Origin: an uncultured delta proteobacterium
GTDB lineage: Bacteria; Desulfobacterota; Binatia; Binatales; Binataceae
Direction of reading: 5' to 3'
Length of the DNA stretch: 64,000 nucleotides
Assembly (NCBI GenBank): GCA_963711565.1
Contig: CAVQEQ010000001.1
Location: 1 to 64,000, forward strand
Shown here: one piece after another, positions 58,032 to 64,000 of the stretch
How the letters are laid out: each line of letters starts with the position of its first letter
How positions within the stretch are numbered: position 1 is the first letter of the stretch
Position numbers and translations under genes: made by a program
The notes under the pieces: model-generated
The model's input: the letters and a program-made list of their open reading frames with translations, nothing else
The model's database searches: none
What the model was told of the DNA's origin: nothing

Positions 58032-61000
58032 TCACTCCAGCGATAGGTCGACGCGCGTCGTCTTGCCCTGGTCCTTGATTCCGGTGGCGTCCATCTTCGG
58101 CGCGATTATGAACATCCGCGCCGCCTCGACCTGCTTCGTACTCAGATACGCGCGCACCGCGTTCGCGCGCGCGTCCGCAAGATTCTTCAGGTCCTGATCG
58201 GTCACCGGAGTGTTATCGAGGATAAGTTTCTTCATCTGGTCGGCCGGTAGCGTCTTTGCCAATCCAATCGCGTCGCGCGGCTTCTTGAATTTTCCCGAGC
58301 TGTAAACCTTGGCTAGATACTTGTTGTAGTCCGCCGTCGAAAGCGCCGGGGGTTTTCCATTCGCATCCGCGCTGTCGCCCCCGCTGTTATGCCTGAGCGC
58401 CTGGATGCTGTGGTCCAGTGACGCTTGCTTGTAGCCATCGGTGTCAAACTTCGGATCGACGCGCCCCTCAATGTTGAGCTTCAGCGCGGTCCGATCCGCC
58501 AACGCCTTGGCGACCGTATCAAGCTTCTGCTGACTGTCCGGCGTCAGCGTCGAGTAGCCCGGCGTGAACTCGATGTAGGCGAGATCCTGCGGCGCGCCGC
58601 CGCCGGTAACGCTGCCGAAGGCGGACGCGAGCAGCGAGAACGGCGCGGTCGCGGCCTTGACGATCAGGTTCATGAACGCGCCCAGGATGATGCTGCCGAT
58701 GCTGAACTGCGGATCTGACAGCGACCCCGATATCGGGATTCGCACGTCGATTTGTCCCTTCGAATTCTTCAGCAGTGAAACCGCGAGCCGAATCGGCAGA
58801 TTCGTCGCGTCGGGACTGTCCACGTGATCGCCGAACGTCAGTTGATCGATAAAAATGTGGTTGTCAGCCGTCAGCTTGCCTGCGTCGAGCAGATAATGCA
58901 CATCGACCGTCAGCGTTCCTTTGACGATCGGATAGCCGGTGTATTTGATTGTGTACGGCGAGACTCCCGTCAGCTCGATCGCGTCCGCCTTCGCCTTGAT
59001 GTCAACGTAGGCCGTCGGCGCGAGCGGGTTTATCGATCCATCGATATTGATCGGCGAGCTCCCGTTGATTTTTCCATCGAGTGAAACGGGCGCCGGCGTC
59101 GTGGATTTCGTTCCGAACGCGCCAACCTTGCCCTCCATGTCCGTAAGATTTGCGGTGTAGTTGGGCTTGATGAAGTTGTCGGTGTAATCGACTTTGCCGC
59201 CCTTGAGCGTGATCTTACTCAGCTCGATGTCGGCGTTCATCGGCTGCCCTGGTAGGGCGCCGCAGGACTCGGCGATGCCGCCGGACTCGCTCCTGGAGCC
59301 CCCGCTGCTGCCACGCTCGGCGCGGCCGCGGGAGTCGGCGTCGAGGTCGGCGCAACCGGCACCGCGCCTTTCGAGCCCGGCGTTCCTTCGGCTCGCGTCA
59401 GCGACGTCGGCGCTTCCTGCGGGTTCGCCGTGATGTCCTTCAGATTCAGCTTGCCGTCTTTGTTGAGGATGATCCGCGAATAAAAATCGTTCAGCGCGAT
59501 CGACCCGACATGTACTTTCGGCGGACCTTTGCCGAGCGCGAAATCGATCCGGTTCACGTTGAGCGCGGCCATTCTGAAAAACAGATCGCTGGTCAGCTTG
59601 TCGAGCATCCGCACGCTGCCGAGCGACGCGTCGCCTTTGTAGCTGACAAGAAACTCCTTGCTCACCTGCTCTAGCCCGACCGCCCCGTCCATCGTCAGGT
59701 TCGCGCTCGTGATCGTCGCGTTCAGCCTGCTGCTCACGTACGGATCGGCAAACGTCAGGTCGAGGCGCTTGGTCCCAACGCGCAGATCGGCCTTGAGCGG
59801 TGCAATCGCCGCGCTGCCGGTGACTTTGAAAGTGCCTTTGCGATTCAGCGTGCCGTCAACATCGACCGAAAACGGTTTGGCAAAGTCGCTCGACACATCC
59901 TTGAGATGCAGATTCAGCGGCGCGACCGCCACAGTGACCGGTTTCGGCGCGCTTTCGTCCACGAAGGTGGCGTCGGTCTGATCCAGGGCGACCGACGCGA
60001 CCTGGAACTGAAAACTCGGCGACGGCGGCGGCGGCGCGGGCTGAACCGGTTTGCGCTCCGCTCGCCTGCGCTCGCGCGGCATTCGCCTCGTCTCGCGCGT
60101 ACTCTCACGCTTGTTGTTCTCCGGCGGAGCCGCACTGCCCCGCATCAGCGACTCGAGGCTCAACTTGCCGTCGCGCGCGCGCCGCACGAACAGATGCATC
60201 CCGTCGCTCTTCACTTCGGTAACCGTCGCATTGCGCGACGCCAGATCGAACTGTCCGATCGCAACACTGAAGTTCTTCCACGCCACCGGCTTTTCTTTTT
60301 CGTGAGGATCGTCCACCTCGAAATTCGCGATCGCGACGCTCGCCGGTTCCGCGTGCACGTTGAAATGGCCGCTCGCGAAATGCGTCTGCACGTTGGCTTT
60401 CGCGCTGAACTTGCCCGACGCCACCGTCGCCGCAAGAAATTTCTGCGCGAACGGTTGCAGCGCCGGCAAATCGACCTGATCGATCGACACGTCGGTCGTA
60501 ACCTGCGACTGCGATAGATCCAGCGCACCCTGCACCGCGAGCGCGCCGCCGCTGTGAATGTTGGTGTTCACGTAAAACGTCGCCGGCGATTTCCCGAGCG
60601 TCCGCAGATTCTTTACCCCGACCTCCAGCGCATCGAGCGCCTCCGTCGCGGGAGTCGGCCCGCTGTTATCCGCCAGGTCCACTCCGCTCTTCGTGAGAAC
60701 GAATGAGTCCAGCTGAAAATCCATCGGCGGTTTCGCCGTCGATGGTCCCGCTACTGGCACCGCCTGTTGCGTCACGTTGCCGGCCGGCGTTGGCGCGGCC
60801 GCTGGCGTGCTCGCCGCAACGATTTGCGCCGGAGGACTTACCGGCGCGGGATGACTACCGCTCGCCAACGACGAGAGATTGTTGGTGCCGTCGGCGTTCA
60901 GCCTGACATTCGCCAGCAGTCCGTCGATCCAGATCGATTGCAGATAGAACACCGCCCCGAGCGGCTCGACGTCGGTCAGCTTCACCTCGGCGTGTTTCAG

Positions 61001-61984
61001 CGCGACCACTGGCGCATCGGCGTTGTCGCGAACGTCAAGCTGATCCAGCGCCACCGTCCCGTTCAGGCGAATCAGCGGCTGTGCTGCCGCCTGCACGAAA
61101 TGCACGTACACATCCGCCGACAGCGTCCCACTCGGAATTTTGACGGGCAGCTTCATCGGCGCATAGCTGATGTAGAGCGGGAGGTCGAGCCGATGCAGCT
61201 TCAAATCAACCACCGAGTCGCGCGTCGCCGTGAACGGCTTCGCGACCCCGGCGATCCGTAGCGGACTGCCGTCGATCACCATCTGCAGCAGCGGTTGCAC
61301 GAACACGTCAACGTCCGACGGCAGGTTGGCGATAAACGGCACATTGATCTGAATCTTCTCGATCTTGTGCTGCTTGCCGAGCAGTTGATCGTCGATGGTT
61401 ATTTCGCCGTCGCGCAGTTGGATATTCGATACCGCGAATTTCATCGGCGCGCTCGGCGGCGCCGGCTTCGGCTTCTCAGGCGCAGGCGCGCTCTCCAGCA
61501 AATCGGAGAAATTAAACTGCTGCTGCGATTTCCGCACCACATGTATCTGCGGTTTCTCGACAACGATTTCGCCGATCACAGGCGCAAATCTGAACAACGA
61601 TTTCCACGAAACCTTCACCGTCAGATGCCCGAGATCGACGAACGGCTTCTGCGGATCGTCGCGCTCGCCCACATGCAGTTGGTCGAGGTCGAGCTTCAGC
61701 CGATAAAGATTGAAGCGGATTTTGCCGACGCTCACCTGGCGATGGATGCTGTTGGCGACGGAGCCGGTCAGCACGTGGCGCAGTATCGGAGGAACTGCGA
61801 TGTAAGTCGCGAGGCCGAGAAATAGCACGACCGAGAGAACGATCACGCCGATTCTGCGCACGCGTCGCGAACGTCCCAGCTCTTGCGTGCGCGCAACCCA
61901 CGGCTTGCTCGGATGAAATGCCGCCCTCAAGTGTCCGAGTACGGTTTCGAGGCGTTCGATCGCGCGATTGAGAAAATTGGCCAT
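58032..61984 (-). CDS. DUF748 domain protein, split by a probable 1-bp frameshift near 59256
   Basis: Repeated DUF748 beta segments; C-terminal LAVSLLKNSKGQID..ISGSLSDPQFS; ORFs 59237..62038 and 58032..59240 join if one C is added in a C run. Confidence 0.85.
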
Positions 61985-62052
61985 CAAACTCGGTCGTCCT
62001 GACGCCGCCAGCGTGAGCCGTCGCCAGCCAATAGTCAATTCACGGCAACACC

Positions 62053-62445
62053 TTAGATGTAGCTATCGGTTGTGGATACCGAGCCAGCGCCGCCGATCCT
62101 CGACGATCGGGCGCGGCTCTTGAGCAGCGCGTACGCTTCGTCAATCGTCATGCTGCGCCTGGTCTTTAGAAACCAGGCCACCACCAGCGGCGCGCGCTCG
62201 CATCCTTCCTCGCAATGCACCAGCACGCGATTGCCCCGCCCGAGCGCTTCGTCGATCAGTGCCGCCGTCTTGTCGAGCGTCACGACACCTTCGGCAAGGA
62301 ACGGCATGTGAATCGCCCGCGGCGGTTCGCCTTCGGGGATGTCGGGCAGCACGCTGATGATCGTGCCGTCGAACTTCTGCGCGTCCTGCAAATCGCCGAC
62401 GAACAACCCCGCAATTATCTCGCTCTCCTGCCAGCTTGCCGCCAT
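62053..62445 (-). CDS. Dual-specificity protein phosphatase
   Basis: VLVHCEEGCERAP (HCxxGxxR); probable indel near 62112. Confidence 0.85.
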   Translation of the reverse strand: MAASWQESEIIAGLFVGDLQDAQKFDGTIISVLPDIPEGEPPRAIHMPFLAEGVVTLDKTAALIDEALGRGNRVLVHCEEGCERAPLVVAWFLKTRRSMTIDEAYALLKSRARSSRIGGAGSVSTTDSYI

Positions 62446-62494
62446 GTGACTGTTTAGCTTGACGGGCGAACGGACATTGCGTCAACCTCGCGCC

Positions 62495-64000
62495 ATGAAT
62501 CTTCCACGACTGCACATCGAAGGACGATGGTTCGTCAACGAACACGGGCGCCGCGTTATTTTGCGCGGCGTCAACCTGGGCGGCGATTGCAAGGTCCCCT
62601 ACCCCGACGGCGGCACCAATTTCCCCTCCGACTTTTCCAACCATCGCGAAGTGTCGTTCATCGGCCGTCCGTTTCCGATTGTCGAAGCGGACGAGCACTT
62701 CTCGCGCCTGCGTGCGTGGGGCTTCAATTGCCTGCGCCTGCTCACCACCTGGGAAGCCGTCGAGCATCGCGGTCCAAATGACTACGACGCGGAGTACCTC
62801 GACTACTTCGCCGAGTTGTGCCGACGCGCCGCTGACTATGGCTTCTACCTATTCGTGGATTTCCACCAGGACGTATGGAGTCGCATGACCGGCGGCGACG
62901 GCGCGCCCTGCTGGCTATTCGAGAAAGTTGGAATTGACTATCGGCGAATCGCCGAGTCGGGCTCCGCACATGTAATGCAACATCTATATGACTATTCGCG
63001 CGGCGGCCGCCAGGAGGATCGCTACCCGACGATGAGCTGGTCGGCGAATTCGCGGCGTCCCGCCAACGGCGTCATGTGGACCCTGTTCTTCGCCGGCCGC
63101 GACTTCGCCCCCGGACTGACCATCGACGGCGTCAACGTGCAGGACTACATGCTCGATCACTACCTTGGCGCGATGCGCGAGATCGCGCGCCGCGTCCGCG
63201 ACTTGCCCAACGTCATGGGCTTCGACTCGCTCAACGAACCCCACAACGGATGGATCGGGGATTCGCTCAGCTATCGCCATCTCGGTCCGACCGAAACCAA
63301 TCCCAACCGCGCAATGCCCGGTCTCGCGTGGTCGCCGCTCGACGGCCTGCTCGTCTCGCATGGAGTCTCGCGCTCAATCCCTGTGCTCGACTTCGATCCC
63401 GCGGCGAAAGCGGCCGTGCACAAACGGGATCGCACGATCAATCCCGACCGCATCTCGATCTGGGCCGAAGGTCGAAGCGATCCGTTCGAGCAAGCCGGTG
63501 CCTGGAAACTCAATAGCGACGGCACTTTCGACGTTTTTCGCGACGACTTTTTCCAGCGCGTCGGCGACCGCAAAGTCAACTTCATCGAAGATTACATGGG
63601 ACCGTTCTTCGCGAGCGTCGCCGAAAACATTCGCGCGATTAATCCGGACTGGATACTGTTCGCCGAGCTCGATCCAATGTCGGGCTTCCTTGGACCGGGA
63701 TTTCCCGCCGATACTCCGCCCAACACCGTCAACGCCGGCCACTGGTACGACATCGTGACGCTCGCGACGAAAACCTTTAGTCCGAATTTCAGTCTCAACG
63801 TCCTGACCGGCGAAATTGCGACTGCAGCCGAACAGGTTCAGGCGCGCTACGAACGCCAGCTCGGGAAATTCGCCAGGATGTCAGAGACGGTAAACGGCGG
63901 CGCGCCCACGCTCATCGGCGAATGTGGAATCCCATTCGATTTGAACGGCGCCGAGGCATACCGCGCCTTTCAGGCCGGCGATCGCAGCGACACACCATGG
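62495..64000 (+). CDS. Glycoside hydrolase family 5 (endoglycoceramidase/steryl-glucosidase-like); 3'-truncated by window end
   Basis: Manual translation: GRRVILRGVNLGG, WEAVEH, DFHQDVWSR..GGDGAP, SLNEP (acid/base), HWYD, IGECG (nucleophile). Confidence 0.9.
   Translation, partial: MNLPRLHIEGRWFVNEHGRRVILRGVNLGGDCKVPYPDGGTNFPSDFSNHREVSFIGRPFPIVEADEHFSRLRAWGFNCLRLLTTWEAVEHRGPNDYDAEYLDYFAELCRRAADYGFYLFVDFHQDVWSRMTGGDGAPCWLFEKVGIDYRRIAESGSAHVMQHLYDYSRGGRQEDRYPTMSWSANSRRPANGVMWTLFFAGRDFAPGLTIDGVNVQDYMLDHYLGAMREIARRVRDLPNVMGFDSLNEPHNGWIGDSLSYRHLGPTETNPNRAMPGLAWSPLDGLLVSHGVSRSIPVLDFDPAAKAAVHKRDRTINPDRISIWAEGRSDPFEQAGAWKLNSDGTFDVFRDDFFQRVGDRKVNFIEDYMGPFFASVAENIRAINPDWILFAELDPMSGFLGPGFPADTPPNTVNAGHWYDIVTLATKTFSPNFSLNVLTGEIATAAEQVQARYERQLGKFARMSETVNGGAPTLIGECGIPFDLNGAEAYRAFQAGDRSDTPW

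Noticed and set aside
58032-59240. Separate 402-aa gene downstream of DUF748
   Set aside because: It reads as the C-terminal part of one DUF748 protein; a homopolymer indel is more likely, though the ATGA overlap means a true split is not excluded

Overview
High-GC bacterial chromosomal window. The gene repertoire (several enoyl-CoA hydratases and amidohydrolases, SnoaL/VOC proteins, an 'LTPEQFY..LEDA' small protein) suggests Candidatus Binatota/Binataceae; this is inference, not a database result. Bases 1-~7160 are the right end of an integrative conjugative element on the minus strand: relaxase (running off the window), TraD-like, TraF peptidase, two DUF2274-like genes and trbI-trbG-trbF. 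These are followed by a more AT-rich two-gene cargo (TIR-domain protein plus small hypothetical) and an att-like end abutting only the 5' half of a tRNA-Ser(GCT). The remaining ~57 kb is host metabolic and envelope DNA: an hpaD/aldolase/hpaB cluster, BamD with a long C-terminal extension, trmB, gnd-zwf-fba, cobQ, pdaD, ABC permeases, a 4-PAS hybrid kinase, a DUF433/PIN toxin-antitoxin pair whose toxin lacks a canonical start, DUF748 and a GH5 enzyme, interspersed with REP/REPIN-like palindromes. Several single-base frameshifts look like assembly indels. Best candidates for novelty are the TIR + hypothetical module, the 5'-fragment att architecture, the in-frame antitoxin-TAA-toxin arrangement, the BamD-AMIN-like fusion and a sigma54-driven small protein. 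All family assignments were made by eye from motifs.
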